Shown one piece after another: positions 1 to 13,461 of a DNA stretch of 64,000 bases. The position numbers and the translations under genes were made by a program. This DNA is from Podarcis cretensis (Eukaryota): positions 46,314,001 to 46,378,000 of the forward strand of contig OX638151.1 in assembly GCA_951804945.1 (NCBI GenBank), read 5' to 3'. Under the pieces are notes generated by a model that had not been told where the DNA came from, did not search any database, and worked only from the letters and a program-made list of their open reading frames with translations. Each line of letters begins with the position of its first letter. Position 1 is the first letter of the stretch.

Positions 1-67
1 TCCCCTAAAGCTTCCATGGCAGATGGCCATCCAACCTCTTCTTAGAAAATATAAGGAAGGAGAGTCC
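1..67 (-). mobile_element. CR1 3' fragment
   Basis: Reverse complement of AGAGGTTGGATGGCCATCTGCCATGG, shared with the CR1 end at about 22290. Confidence 0.65.
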
Positions 68-2716
68 TGTCTCTTTCTTGTTTGGATTGAGGTGAGACGA
101 GGGGTATGTGGGAGTGAAGAAACTAGCCTACCATACAAGAGTCAAATTAGCATTCATTGTTCCACCCACTTCTGTCTCTGCATCCAGGCCCCCAGAAGAT
201 CACCCAGAAGAAAACATGGTCCTTAAGCTGAAAAAGATTTCCCAGCCCTGACCTACAGCTTTGGTCAAGGTCTAATATATGATGTTATTCTGAAGCTACA
301 GAGAAATGATAAACGGCAATTCAAAACTAAAATCCTACCTAGGCTTCAGGAAAGATAAGGCTATAAAGGGAAAGATCAGCATTGCAAATATTTGCAGCAT
401 GGTTTATAAAATAATACTATTGTAGTAACAATGTCTTTCCTTCTCAGGTGATCATATCAGAATCAAAACGGATTTTATAATGTCGTAAGTTTTACTATAT
501 GAAATTATTTTATTTGTCACCTTTGTATCTTTCCTTTTATCCAAGGAGCCCAAGGTAGTATACATCCCACTGCCTCCAAGCAAGCTTGCGGAGGACGTTT
601 AAGCTGAGAAGCAGTGACTAACCAAAGTAACTGAGTAAGCTCCAAGGCTGAATGGGGATCTTTCCACTCCTAGTCTAACACTAGTAAACTTCTACATGCA
701 TGGTAAGAGCTTCTACTGTGCAGCTGAGTGGATACTAGTTTTCAAAGTACATTAACCTCAGCTCTTAATGCTTCAGCACTGAATTATATTGTAACAGAAT
801 CCGTCCTGAAGAAATAATTCACAAATAACCAAGTTCCTCGTGGCAAACTTCTTTTTAATGCATGTCAGATTCATCTATGTGCATTTGGATTGAAAAGTGC
901 AAGGATGACTCAGATTCTGTTTTTAAAACTCGTGCTTTGGCCACTCTTCCTTCTCGCTGCTACATAGGACACCCAATTTTGTGAAGCAAATGCCCACTGC
1001 ACACTTTGGTTGGGATTAGGAACCTGGAAAGAAACTTGGATTCTTAAAAGAGGGAAGACAAGGGAAAAGTAGCTGCTTATAACACATTTGGGTCACTGGC
1101 TGAATTATCACCATAAAAGGTAAACTAAGGTCTCTGCTTTCCACCTCAATGAAAGGAAATGATTCGTCTTCTGAATGGCTCAATCTCCTCATCCATCTTT
1201 AAACTCATTCTGTCTAAAATCTTAAATGTAAATGTTACTTTCAATTCTGATACTTTTGGCCACTTTAATAAGATAAACTTTATTTTCAGTACATATTAAC
1301 ACTGCCTTTATGCAAATAGATGATATTAAAAGCATGTAAACAGATACATTTACAGATGCATTACAGGAGATGGTATTTGAAATAATTTCATATTAATGGA
1401 CAGATGAGCATTTTTGAGCTACCAACAAGTTACACTGGTTGTGCAGGGCAAGGTTGATTGGAACATTCATAACATTGTTTTCAAAATATTGTATAACCCA
1501 CTCGTCAAGAGAAAGCTAGTTTTAAGGTATCAGGTATACAAATCTGATAATGCAATTAAGAACAGCACAAAACAGATTCTGGCAAAGCAAGTTTCCGTGC
1601 TATTCATTCTCTTCCTACCCAACAGGGGAATGAAATGTGTTTCCTGGACTTTATACCCTGCTCTGTTCACCAGCAAAGGAAGGTGGTACAGAATGATCTC
1701 TTCCTGTGGGCACTGGGGTGCTTCATTGGTCAACCAGCTGATTAATTAACAGCACTGATGGACTTCTAGAGACGAGTTAATTTTCAGCCAGAAAAGTATT
1801 GGCCTTATTCAATGAGCCTGTTTTTATTTCAAATTCACTGCATGGTTATGCTTGCATGTAGGGAGTAAGAAGAATGTTTACTCCCTACATGCAAGCATAA
1901 CCATGAAGTAAATTTGATCCTACTTACAGGATAATGTAGCAATTGTATAAATACAAAGTTTTGTATGTGTTTATTGTTGTCTTGCTTGCTTTTGTAATGT
2001 CTGTAAAGCATACTAAAACCATTAATGAAAAGAGTACATAAATGTGTTAAGTGAAATAAACAATGCCACATATAAAAACTAAGCTAGTGATTAGATTTGT
2101 AGTTTACAAGGGCTGCCAGCTTTGAAAAAAAGTTTGGGAAATTAGGGATTCATGGCATGGCACACAGGAAAGAGAGAAAGTTCTTGGGAAAAGGAGCCAG
2201 CTGGCCCATTTAAAGTTATCTCCATTGTTGTTTGAGACATCAAGAGAGAATGCTTACTGTGGAACTCAAACTCATTCCTGTTTGCCTGCCTGAAGAAAAA
2301 TAGAGGCAATGCTTCGAACTAGGATGAAAATCAAGAGTAAACAAAACAGTTTATTTAAACTTCTTAAACATGAGCAATTTTTATAGGGAAGTAGGGTACA
2401 ATTGTATTTTCCTACACCTTTATTTATTGCATAAGAAATGTAACTATTTGTTATTTTATGTATTACATTTGTATCCCATTTTTGCGCCAAAGATTTCAGA
2501 CAGGCATGCATGGTCTTCCCTATCCAATTTATCCTTATAGCAATCCTGAATGGCAGTTTAAGGTGAGAAATAAGATGGCAGCTTCAAATGAGCTTCATGT
2601 CTGAGCACATGCCACTCAGCCACTGCAAACATTTTCCCCCAGTTAACAGAGTTAATTATTTCGGGACCCAAATATTTATCGCCCCACACCACACCTTAAG
2701 AAATCTCATTTCTTAA

Positions 2717-2957
2717 GCCAGTGTGGTGTAGTGGTAGATTCGTAATCTGGGGAACCGGGTTCGTGTCTCCACTCCTCCACATGCAGCTGCTAGATGACCT
2801 TGGGCTAGTCACACTTCTTTGAAGTCTCTCAGCCCCACTCACCTCACAGAGTGTTTGTTGTGGGGGAGGAAGGGAAAGGAGAATGTTAACCGCTTTGAGA
2901 CACCTTCGGGTAGCGATAAAGCGGGATATTAAATCCAAACTCTCCTTCTTCTTCTTC
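2717..2957 (+). mobile_element. tRNA-derived SINE with L2-like tail (Squam2-like)
   Basis: GCCAGTGTGGTGTAGTGG A box, GGGTTCG B box, GACCTTGGGCTAGTCAC core, (CTT)n tail. Confidence 0.75.
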
Positions 2958-4831
2958 ACTTGTTCAGCTCTCAGACCACATTGTGGAAAAATACAGCCCT
3001 CATTTCCTCACTAGTACTTCCACTGCAATTCCAAATGATGGACTGACTGCTTTTGACAACATCTCTACCAGTACCTTGTGCCCGTACCCAGCAATATATT
3101 GTTCTCTTCCATGTTCCTATCATTTTGACATGTACAGTTGTACCTCGGTTTAAGAACAGTCCTGTTTAAAAATGATTTGGTTTACGAACTCTAAGAAAAG
3201 ATAGATAAAATTTCATTCTGTGTGATGTACTGCCAAAAAACAAATATAAAATAAGGAATTATTGTGAGAATAACCACATTATAAAAAGAAGCAAAATATT
3301 TAAAACCTATAAAATCTATGACCTCAATCCTAGACAGTTAAATGGCAGAAGCTTCCAAACAGTGAAAAAAATTATACTATATATGGCATGGAACTCACAA
3401 TATAAACATTATTAATTAAGTGCAAGACTGCCTTAGCAGAATGTGGCTACTTGATTTGATGGATGCTTATCTTAAACACAGTTATGATTACTAGCCCATG
3501 AGGGAAAGGATACTTGAAAACAAGTCTTACAAAACAAGGATACTTGAAAATAAGTGTTTTGTGCCTTCAGCTGGCTCATAAGAACAGCTGGTCAAAAAAA
3601 TATCCTATACGTATAACTTTGCTGCAATATTTTGAGGCGCTTTTTGTATTCTAAGCTCATGCATTCAAAAAACATGCTTGTTAAAATCTGTCACATTTTA
3701 CAGTCCCAATGATCTCTGTACAGTATTTCCTTTTCAGCTCTCCATAAGTTACAAAGCTATCTTAGAACAAAGATATGAAGAAATTTGAAAAGAAATGAGT
3801 TTGTCTGTTATAACAGCATTTATAAATTTGTGTTTTTCAAGGTTATAGCAAAACAGTAGTGTCAGAAATATCACAGTGGGGGAACTGGCCAATCAGAAAG
3901 GCACCAAGCATTGACAACTTTCCATTCTCAGGTATATGCAGAAAAAAGGGTCATAGGCTGATTGTTATGGATATTGTATGCAAGTTCCCATTTACAGCAA
4001 GTAACTGCAATAAAACACAACAGCGGTGTCATCAGCTGAACTTCCTATACCTAGTATGCTCCAGATGTTTCCAACTGCAACTCCCAACAGTCCCAGCTAG
4101 AATGGCTAATGGTCAGAGATGATGGGAATTATGATCCAAAACATACAGAGGTCACCAGCTTGGACTAGATACCCCCCGAGCCCCAGCCTAAGACTGTAAC
4201 CCAGTTTTAAATCCCTTCATAAAACAACTGTAATTTACTAAATCCTTCACCAACAAAGAAAGATGATTCAGCTGAAACTTTATGCTTTGTGTAGTCAGAA
4301 CTTCATCCTTCATGTGTTTATTGTTCGAGATATTTATCGGGCAGTACAGATGCTATCTTATAGTAAAATGCAAGTTCATACTATTTTTAAACATAGCAAT
4401 GAACTATAAACATGGTCCTAAAACAATTTCCAAAAGTCAGTAATTGCCCCACATTGTTTTATACAAAGAGTAAGGAAAGAGAAGAAGCCCACTTCTTCTA
4501 TAAAACTCACTTTACACAACAACAACAACCCTACATTGTTCAAGGGTGAAACAATTATGAAACCTGTTCCTGCATCCCACTGTTTCACCACTCAAGCTTG
4601 CACACTCTTAAGTTAACTCTCAGTAGAAAGAAAAAGCTGAGGGAAAGATGCACAAAATTCTGTGTTAGACTAGATTTGGACCTTAGAGATTCAACTTCCA
4701 TGTCCTATCATCATCAGTGCACAGTCTACACCAGAGCATTATCTGAACAGAAACATCTCTGATACAACACAGAAAGAGTAACCATATGCTAAACCACTAG
4801 TGATATATTTTGCCCTAATCATTTGACAGTA

Positions 4832-5196
4832 AAAGGTAAAGGTAAAGGTACCCCTGCCCGTACGGGCCAGTCTTGACAGACTCTGGGGTTGTGCGCCCAT
4901 CTCACTTAAGAGGCCAGGGGCCAGCGCTGTCCGGAGACACTTCCGGGTCACGTGGCCAGCGTGACATCGCTGCTCTGGCGAGCCAGAGCCGCACACGGAA
5001 ACGCCGTTTACCTTCCCGCTGGTAAGCGGTCCCTATTTATCTACTTGCACCCGGAGGTGCTTTCGAACTGCTAGGTTGGCAGGCGCTGGGACCGAGCAGC
5101 GGGAGCGCACCCCGCCGCAGGGATTCGAACCGCCGACCTTTCGATCGGCAAGTCCTAGGCGCTGAGGCTTTAACCCACAGCGCCACCTGCGTCCAC
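4832..5196 (-). mobile_element. Sauria SINE (Squam1), full length, young
   Basis: tRNA-like head with GTTCGAATC B box, BovB-related 3' end with (ACCTTT)n tail, 12-bp TSD CATTTGACAGTA. Confidence 0.92.
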
Positions 5197-6135
5197 CATT
5201 TGACAGTAGCGGCTCCAAATACAGCAGTGTTACTGATGTAAAACAGCCTTCTCCTACTCAATGACCTCCCAAGCTGCACCGGCTAGCATGGTCTGGGATG
5301 AAGGGAGCTGAAGTCCCACAAAGGCACCATGCTGGGAAAAGCTTTTGTAAAAAGTGAAACATGAAAAACAAATAATGAACCAATAGTGAAACATGTAGCC
5401 CCTTATTGTAAATCTACCAAGTAACAATAATTCAATAACCTTGCCAGGTCTGGCAGCTATTGTTCCAGCTCATGCACTTTGAGATCAACATAGTGGATGT
5501 GTGTCTTTTCTTCTTCTGCAAGACTAGCAATAGCAGGTGTAAGCTGACTACTTACTTCATGGAAAGTACAGCTGAAATGTGTTCATAACCGAAATGTACT
5601 ATGTGAATGCATTCTAGCAGGCACGGAATTTATCACCATAGAGATAATGCATGACTTCCCTATTGAAAGAGAGTTATTGGTTATTTCCATGTCCAAATAT
5701 GAAAGTTATCATTTCTGATTATATTCTTCTCTTGGGCAACATGCTAAAGGCAGCAACTCGCTAAATCAATAGTGACCTAAACAACTGGTATTAATGACCA
5801 TTTTGATATCTGATGTATCTTTTGTCTAATGACATGAACTGATTTAACATGGAACTGCAGTGTTTAAGTTAATGATATTATGTAATATGTTCTGCTTCTA
5901 TTTTCTTTGGGGAGAGCAACTCATTAAAATCTGTCTTAATAAATCCTATTGTAATTTAGTGTAAGTGGAGCACATTTGCTTAAAAGATAACTCTATTTTG
6001 TCAACAAAAGTGTGTGTTTGATATTCTCAGAGCAGAAAAGAGAACACCCTCTGGTTTTCTCTGGCAAAATTCCCAGAATCTGTACACTAAAATGGAAAAC
6101 CCCAATACCACTAATAGTTAAGTAAAGCAACTTAC

Positions 6136-6346
6136 CATCATAGAAAAAAAGGCCATATAAGTGTGGAATTAACATTTTTTTGCTGAGGAATCCATCCAAA
6201 TTGCAGAATTTTGCCAAAAAGTCAGGGAAGCATAGCTGTTGCAAGAGACCATCCAAAGTTCAAAACAATGTTCAGAACGGAACAGATTTGTCAAGGTCAT
6301 AGAATAGGTTGCTTTCTTTGAATCATTGTCTCCACTGCTGCTAGAC
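6136..6346 (-). other. Candidate internal exon (5' UTR or start-codon exon) of the minus-strand gene
   Basis: Strong acceptor tttctgtttctttttttgtag|G and strong donor ATG|GTAAGT. No frame is open throughout; it ends in short ATG-initiated frames (MAFFSMM or MLIPHLYGLFFYD). Confidence 0.35.
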
Positions 6347-6702
6347 CTACAAAAAAAGAAACAGAAATTTGGACTATTATTTTCAGTTTCACAGCAAGGC
6401 AATAAATGTCAATGTTAGACCATTGCTACTGTCCTTAGTAGTAACTGAGATTATTAGGGGAAATAGGTAAAGCAACTCCTTATCTAGCTTTGCTTCTACT
6501 CAAAGGTCTCCTGGCCCATTGGATCCCATATTTGGAATTTTCTGGTACAGCTTTTAATATTCAACTAAGACATATTTTCTTTGGGGGTAGTATGTTTGTA
6601 ATTTGATCCATCAGAATGGCAATTACTGTATGTGAAATGTGCATATAGGTACCTGCATGCATAGTGAGAAGTCTTCTCAGCAAACTTCTGAGAAGACTTC
6701 TG

Positions 6703-6810
6703 ACCATATGTCAGGAGTGCTCTGATGGTGTTACCTGCTTGGCAGGGGGTTGGACTCGATGGCCCTTGTGGTCTCTTCCAACTCTATGATTCTATGATTC
6801 TATGATTCTA
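6703..6810 (+). mobile_element. CR1 3' tip with (ATTCTATG)n tail
   Basis: GGGGGTTGGACTCGATGGCCCTTGTGGTCTCTTCCAACTCTATGATTCTATGATTCTATG. Confidence 0.85.
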
Positions 6811-7015
6811 TAACTGGGACAACATTCTCCAGAGCTTACTACATTGTAGTAACATCCAGCAAACGCACCCCACACCTCAGATTCCCTTCTCTCCAGATGT
6901 GTTCACTAAACATATATAAAACCAAACATATTCTCCTCAACATCAGAGTGTTCTAGCAAACCAAATATCATTTTCTAAATGAAATAAATAATTTCAGACT
7001 TTGAAAATCTGAGTA

Positions 7016-7240
7016 CAGTGGTACCTCAGGTTAAGTAATTAATTCGTTCCGGAGGTCCGTTCTTAACCTGAAACTGTTCTTAACCTGAAGCACCACTTTA
7101 GCTAATGGGCCTCCTGCTGCCACCGTGCCGCTGCTGCACGATTTCTGTTCTCATCCTGAAGCAAAGTTCTTAACCCGAGGTACTATTTCTGGGTTAGCGG
7201 AGTCTGTAACCTGAAGCGTATGTAACCCGAGGTACCACTG
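7016..7240. mobile_element. Tc1/mariner (Tigger-like) MITE
   Basis: TIR CAGTGGTACCTC..GTTA at both ends, TA TSD. Confidence 0.88.
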
Positions 7241-8514
7241 TAATGCCATCAGATTTCAATGGGCAGCACTGAGTGAAGGTCATTTTTTCTGCATACCTTC
7301 CAGCCACTTATACTTTCATAACAAAAAGTATTTTATAATAATGACTAGGAGGACAGACAATTATCCATTCCTTAGCTTAACTTGTCAGAAATGATTTAGT
7401 AAAACAAGTAAAGAACAGTATGAGAAGTATTTAATATCTGTGTTGGGCACCATCATTATTTTCTTTCAGTTTCATTGTTCTATGCTCAGTTCATCTTAAC
7501 AGATCACGCTTAATCAATATGTCCTAATATGGTTCAAACCACTAAGCAAAAGACATATGTTCTCAGTTTGTTTTCATATTTCCTTACATTCTCTCATTAG
7601 TAGCCTCTCACTAGCGTTCTTCAATATAGCGGAAAAGTATTCATACAATGTGTAACAATGATATTACTCATTCCAATACCTCTAACTTTTCTCAATTAAA
7701 TACAAACTTCAGTACAATTAAGCATAACAAAATTAGATCTCTAAACCTTCACTTTTGCATGATTTAAAAACACACAATGCTTGTTTTCAAGCATAGATAT
7801 CGCACTGCTACAGCGTTCTTCAAAATGTTTTCTGGGAAAAGAAGTTGTGGCACCCCTCAAACTGAAGTTTTGCCCTCAGGAGATGTAACCCCAGAGGAGT
7901 CGTCCAGTGATGAAAAGGTTGTCTAAGCTCTTATAGTAACAGCCCCACGCAGTATGATCTGAAGTAAGAGTATATTAGGGCTCTGAGGAACCTCAAGGGG
8001 GTGGGAATGGGAGAGGGAGAAGGAGTGGGAAGGGCGGATAAACATAGAGTGAATATAACATTCTGCTTTAGTCCTACATTATAGTTTTTTATTAAAACAT
8101 TTTAAAATAGACTTTTATCTCATGTTTCAAGGCAGTGTTGAAAATATATAACATCAAAAATTAAAAATGTAATACAACTAAGATGCAGCTAATAAAGCTT
8201 GGCAGGATTAAAAACCACAGCCAACTCAACAAAAGCCTGAGAGTACAATTATATTTTTAATAAGCACCAAAATACCAATAATGCTGGTGTTCGTCTAAGC
8301 TCAGAGGGAAGGTGGTTCCACAACATTGTTTTGTTATGAGGCTGGCTCTATGTTTTTAATGTATTTATATTGTGTATCAATCCATTTATTCATGCTTATT
8401 GTACACTACTGTAGAATGTCTGGATGAAGGACCATAATATGTAATATGTAAGGACCATAATATGTAATATGCAGAAATATGTAAATAAATAATGTGGATC
8501 AACAAATAAACATT

Positions 8515-8705
8515 CAAGTTCCAACCCCCTGCAATGCAGGAATCTCAACTAAAACATCCATGACAGATGGCCGTTCAACCTCTGCTTTAAAACCTCCAAT
8601 GAAAGAGTGCACCATCTTCTGAGGAAGTCCATTCCACTGTTGAACAGCTCTTATGATCAGAAAGTTCTTCCTGGTGTTTGGTCGGAATCTCCTTTTTTGT
8701 CTTGC
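8515..8705 (-). mobile_element. CR1 LINE 3' fragment
   Basis: RFRPNTRKNFLIIRAVQQWNGLP followed by the CR1 3' UTR. Confidence 0.85.
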
Positions 8706-8987
8706 TACCAACTGGAACTGGAACCATGCATATGTGGTATGGTCACATCATGCAAAGTCAGGGTTAGAAGCATTTATTTTGATTTCATCCAGATTCGGGC
8801 AGGTTTTATCGGGATCTCAGAAGGCTCTCAGACAGCTCCACTGGCGGTTGTTCTCTGCTTACTGTCAGTAATAAAGAGGTGTTGCCTCAGTGAAGAGACT
8901 TATGAAGGGAGGAAACACCTGTTCTGCAATTGACCCCACTTCCTCCAAAGAGCTGGCTGTGCTCTTTAAAGGACGCTTGTCTAGTTC

Positions 8988-9589
8988 TGTAGCTGTGGTT
9001 TTCAAAAGGCTGAAGAAATAGAGATGCTACTAAGGATTCCTTCCTGGAGTCTGGGGTGAGGCGCAGTGTAAATAAATAACGCAGAGTCTTCTTCAGTAAA
9101 AGAATAAAGGCTTTACTGAGTTAAAATAAACATGTTTGTAAATAACAGCATAATGAACAGAAGATTAAACTAGCTTCAGAGCATACACAGAGTTTCCACT
9201 GAGCACAGGCTTCACAGAGCGCAGGCTCCACACTGAGACACTGACTGAGACACTGCAGTGAGTCTGCCTGCAAGCAGATACAGTGGTACCTCGGGTTAAG
9301 AACTTAATTCGTTCCGGAGGTCCGTTCTTAACCAGAAACTGTTCTTAACCTGAGGTACCACTTTAGCTAATGGGGCCTTCTGCCACCGCTGTGCTATTTC
9401 TGTTCTCATCCTGAAGCAAAGTTCTTAACCCAAGGTACTATTTCTGGGTTAGTGGAGTATGTTACCTGAAGCGTCTGTAACCCGAGGTACCACTGTACAA
9501 TACTTATACAGAGAAAGAGTCATCCTCAAGATGAGTCACAGTGATTCAGCATGCTAAATGATTCTGCAGCTTTTCCGCATTTCACAACA
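8988..9589 (-). mobile_element. Possible solo LTR containing a Tc1/mariner MITE
   Basis: Minus strand begins TGTTGTG at 9589, TATAAGTA at 9508-9501, AGTAAA near 9115. Left boundary and TSD are uncertain. Confidence 0.35.
9281..9495. mobile_element. Tc1/mariner MITE, same family as 7016
   Basis: Same TIRs and internal sequence, TA TSD. Confidence 0.88.
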
Positions 9590-10648
9590 TTTCTAGACTG
9601 CTTTACTCCTTCTGCTCTCAAATACCTTTGTCATATGACATGGGGATGGTGGAACATCTATGATCTAAGCCTGGGAGAAGATGCTAAATGGGGAAGCTTG
9701 TTCCTCTTCTTCATTTGAGTCTTCCATGGGGCAGCATATGGGTCTAGGGTTGGTGGTCAGTACATTGGCTGACATATCCAAATATGTCTATGTGCACAAA
9801 ATCCAATGTGCACAGCCCAAAATAGGGTGCAGTGGATACCCTAGTGGAAGAAAAATGAATCTGATAAGTGCCTACAAGCATTGGATTCTACACATGTAGA
9901 ACATCCAGCACTAACAGAGCACAATGAATGGAATATTTTTGCCTTTACGCAGTAAGTGTTTGCAACCGAGTCTTACTTCTCCTTGAACGACCCTAACTTT
10001 TGAAAATTTGAGAAACTTATAATTACCATGGGGGATTTTTTGATAAAATTACTTTGGATCTTAAAACATCTTAAAGCTACTTTTAAAAACCTGACAGCAA
10101 GAGAATAAGAAGGGAAATGTAATTAGCTGTGCCATATAGAAATTATCTCCATATCCTGGAAATAGTTATTTTTCTATAAAGCTCCTGAAAAATTGTCAAA
10201 TATATTTTATAAAATGTAACATAAAATACGTGGATTATATTAAAGGGTGGATCCAACTACATGCACATTTAACTTTGGTAAAATAAAGTGCATTTTATTT
10301 CTCAGAAACAGCAGCAGCCTAGTGTGCATGCTCGTTTGACTTATATTGCTGGTAAGCAAACTACCACACTCGACCTCTTATGTTTTAAGGCAGGGGTGTA
10401 GAGCCTCAGGCCAGGGGCCAAATTGAGCTTTATAGGCCTCTCTATAGCTGTTGGGCCTCTCTGCAGGGAATACCACAAGAGTGGCTAGAGGAGCCACACC
10501 CTTTCTTCCCAGACCCCACCTCTCACTGGTCCTGCTCCATTCCCTTCTTGAGTGCTTTTGCCTACGTGGAGGTGTCCCTGACATGGGAAAAGGCCTGAAT
10601 GTAAAGATGTGGGTGCAGGAACCTTTATATGGCTGAAATGCAGCCTAC

Positions 10649-11152
10649 TGTCATGAATATGCCAGCTCCGAGTGTAATTTTACAGCCGGCTGGAGAATGC
10701 AGTCAGGAACAGAGAGACTTGGCTTATACTCTGGCAAAGGAGAGCCCACAGCTGCCAGCGTCGACTCCCCCTGTTCTTGGATGGCCGGCTGCTAAGGGAG
10801 TAACTGAGAGCAGGCTAGAACAGAGCCAAAGCTCTCCAGAAGCCCAAACAGGCGCGAAAAGCCACAGAGACAGCCTTTTTCAACAGGAAGGGGATGTAGT
10901 TGACCCAATAAGCCCGAGGCGTAGGCAAATAGGACGGCTGCTAGACAGGAAGCAAAATAAAAGACGTAAGGGTCGAAAGTTCAATATCTTCTGTCATCAC
11001 AGGAAGGAGTCTTCAGAAGGGTCAATTTGAGAGATTATGCCGGCGGCTTGGCTAGAGCCATCCAGAGTTAATTGTTTGTTTTTGCAATAAATCCCCCTTT
11101 TTAATTACGTACGCTTACTGTGTTATCAAGCCGCGAACCTGGACTCCTGACA
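10649..11152 (+). mobile_element. Solo LTR (504 bp) with an internal ORF, nested in a hAT non-autonomous element
   Basis: TGTCA...TGACA termini, 5-bp TSD CCTAC/CCTAT, AATAAA at about 11085, open frame 10650-11030. Confidence 0.8.
10650..11030 (+). CDS. LTR-embedded ORF (126 aa), Ser/Glu/Pro-rich then Arg/Lys-rich
   Basis: VMNMPAPS...DPISPRRRQIGRLLDRKQNKRRKGRKFNIFCHHRKESSEGSI*. Same register relative to the LTR start as the other two LTR ORFs. Confidence 0.4.
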   Translation, partial: VMNMPAPSVILQPAGECSQEQRDLAYTLAKESPQLPASTPPVLGWPAAKGVTESRLEQSQSSPEAQTGAKSHRDSLFQQEGDVVDPISPRRRQIGRLLDRKQNKRRKGRKFNIFCHHRKESSEGSI

Positions 11153-11429
11153 CCTATACTACAAAGGTAATAGTGTCATAGTAATAGTGCCACCCTCCAT
11201 TTTTGCCTCTGACCCCACCATCATTGACATGACACCCCTGAAAGTTGCTCACAAGACAATGTTGCCACAGAGATGGAAAGGTTCCCCCACCTATGTTTTA
11301 AAGGCTACCTTCCACAGCATTCTCAGGCTCATCCACACTTCCACTTGCCCCCCCCCCTGCAAAACCCTGCTCTTTACCGCTGAATTGGAGCAAACATCAA
11401 TGTGGTTTCCCATGGACTGATCCAATTCA

Positions 11430-11650
11430 ACTTTTCTGCTGGCGGCAGCAGCGGCGGAGGAACAATCAACAAGAAAGGAGCCCTTTTGGGCTGCTTGTTC
11501 TTCCTCCTCCGCTGCTGCCGCCACCACCACTAGGTTTGTGGTGTGGTGAACCAGCTTATACTCAAGTCAATAAGTTTTCCCAGTTTTTTCTCCTAAAATT
11601 AGGTGCCTCGTCTTATATTCGGGTTGGCTTATACTCAAGTATATATGGTA
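11430..11650. mobile_element. pogo/Tc2-like DNA transposon end fragment
   Basis: GGCTTATACTCAAGTATATATGG-TA terminus with a repeated GCTTATACTCAAGT subterminal motif. Confidence 0.55.
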
Positions 11651-13106
11651 GGTATCTTAATAGCAAAATGGGAACTCCTTGAAATAAAGAAAGCCAAGAA
11701 GTAAGCAGTCACCATGTATTGCTTTACTGTTACATTTAATAGAAAGACAGAGAAGTGTGTTGCTTAGAAATGTATATGAACGACTCAGGTCATAAAGGTG
11801 AAAGCCAAGTTCCCACTGAATTTATTTTCAAACTTCAACTAATATCCCTACATAAATTGCTAACACGTGTCTAACTATTCATCCCTCAACAAGTGTTTAT
11901 AAACATCTGATAATATGCTTTTAACTTTAAAAGTGCTAGAGGCATTTTAGTCACTAAGATTAATCAGATTTATATTTATATAAATATTTATATTTATGCA
12001 ACCTAATCATTATATAACTACTCTAACAAATATAGTAGTTATATAACTATATTAACTTCTGGCCAATGTATTCAGTCTGTCTTGAAAGCTTCTCTCTAGT
12101 TACTTGACAGATGCACCCACAATCGTAAGTCCCAAGACAGAGAGGAACACATCACATATCTCCATAGCCATATCTCCTACCCAGAGGAATCATCTTTATG
12201 CCTCTGATCACTAAATGCCAGAATTATTTTGAGAGGCAAGCAACCACCGCTAGGCTACTTAGAGCAGAGAGAAGGAACATCATGCAACAAGCACATACCA
12301 GTTGCTCTAATACAGTGGTTCCCAATTAGCTAATTACTGAGGACCTCCTATTTTTCAAAAGCCAAGCCATGGACCCCCTACTTTTGAAAAAGTATTACCA
12401 TAAGCATGTACTATGATTATTTTTCAGGGTTGGGCTTCGAAAACCATCTTGGCTTTTGTTTTTAATCAAACAGAGCTCTGTTTCTGTGGAAAAGGCAACA
12501 CAAACAAGGATTGAGTACAAAGTGCATCTGAGTATACACAGTAAAAGGGTCCAATTGTTATATGGAGTTTTCCAAAGCTACAAAAGAAAGAGCAAAGAAA
12601 TAAATAAGAAGGTGTGATCGCTTTATAACTGATGAAGCTGGCTCTAGGCCACACCAGATGCCTATGCGAGGCCTGATACTCTGAGCACATCTCCTTTCTT
12701 AATGCTTACTGTATATCCCAAGTCACTTTAGAAAGTTCTTATATTTAGAGAACCGCACAGACATTACCTGTAACAATATTTCCAATGCATTTCCTTTGTA
12801 AGAAAAGCATACCAGCTATGTAAAATGTTTTAAAATTTGTGAAACCTTTAAGGATCCAGAAAAATATAAACACCTAAAAGAAATTCTCTCTATATTAGGA
12901 GATGACAGACAAATACCATTGACTTCAATAGGGTCTAAGTGTAGGCAATTTGCAGGTACTAGCATGAATCTTCAATTACCCTAGCTTCAGCTTTCTAAAA
13001 AATGATTTCTCTTTTGAAGTGTCTGCAACATCAGAGTTAAAGGGCACCCCCCATGGCACCAGAACAGAGGGATACTGTGTCATTTACCATCCTCAATAGG
13101 TGAATA

Positions 13107-13461
13107 AAGGTAAAGGTAAAGGAACCCCTGACCGTTAGGCCCAGTCGCGGATGACTCTGGGATTGTGTCGCTCATCTCGCTTTACTGGCCGAGGGAGCCG
13201 GCGTTTGTCCGCAGACAGCTTCCGGGTCATATGGCCAGCATGACTAAGTCGCCAGAGCAGCGCACGGAAATGCTGTTTACCTTCCCACCAGAGCAGTACC
13301 TATTTATCTACTTGCACTTTGACGTGCTTTCGAACTGCTAGGTTGGCAGGAGCAGGGACTGAGCAACGGGAGCTCACCCCATCGCAGGGATTCGAACCTC
13401 CGACCTTCTGATCGGCAAGCCCTAGGCTCTGTGGTTTAGACCACAGCGCCACCCGTGTCCC
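13107..13461 (-). mobile_element. Sauria SINE, a different subfamily
   Basis: Same layout with diagnostic differences; TSD AATAGGTGAATA. Confidence 0.9.

Larger units (their letters stand above)
10391..11295. mobile_element. Old hAT non-autonomous element split by the solo LTR
   Basis: CAGGGGTG...GGTTCCCCCACCTATG ends, approximate 8-bp TSD TTTTAAGG/TTTTAAAG. Relatives at about 75-250 and 29271-29602. Confidence 0.6.

Noticed and set aside
7016-7240. Regularly recurring TAACCTGAAG motifs resembling a CRISPR array
   Set aside because: They are subterminal repeats of a mariner MITE with TIRs and a TA TSD in a vertebrate genome; no unique spacers and no cas genes.
7907-7962. Possible C/D box snoRNA (GTGATGA...CTGA)
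   Set aside because: Short, no terminal stem, on the strand opposite the presumed host gene, and no recognisable rRNA guide.
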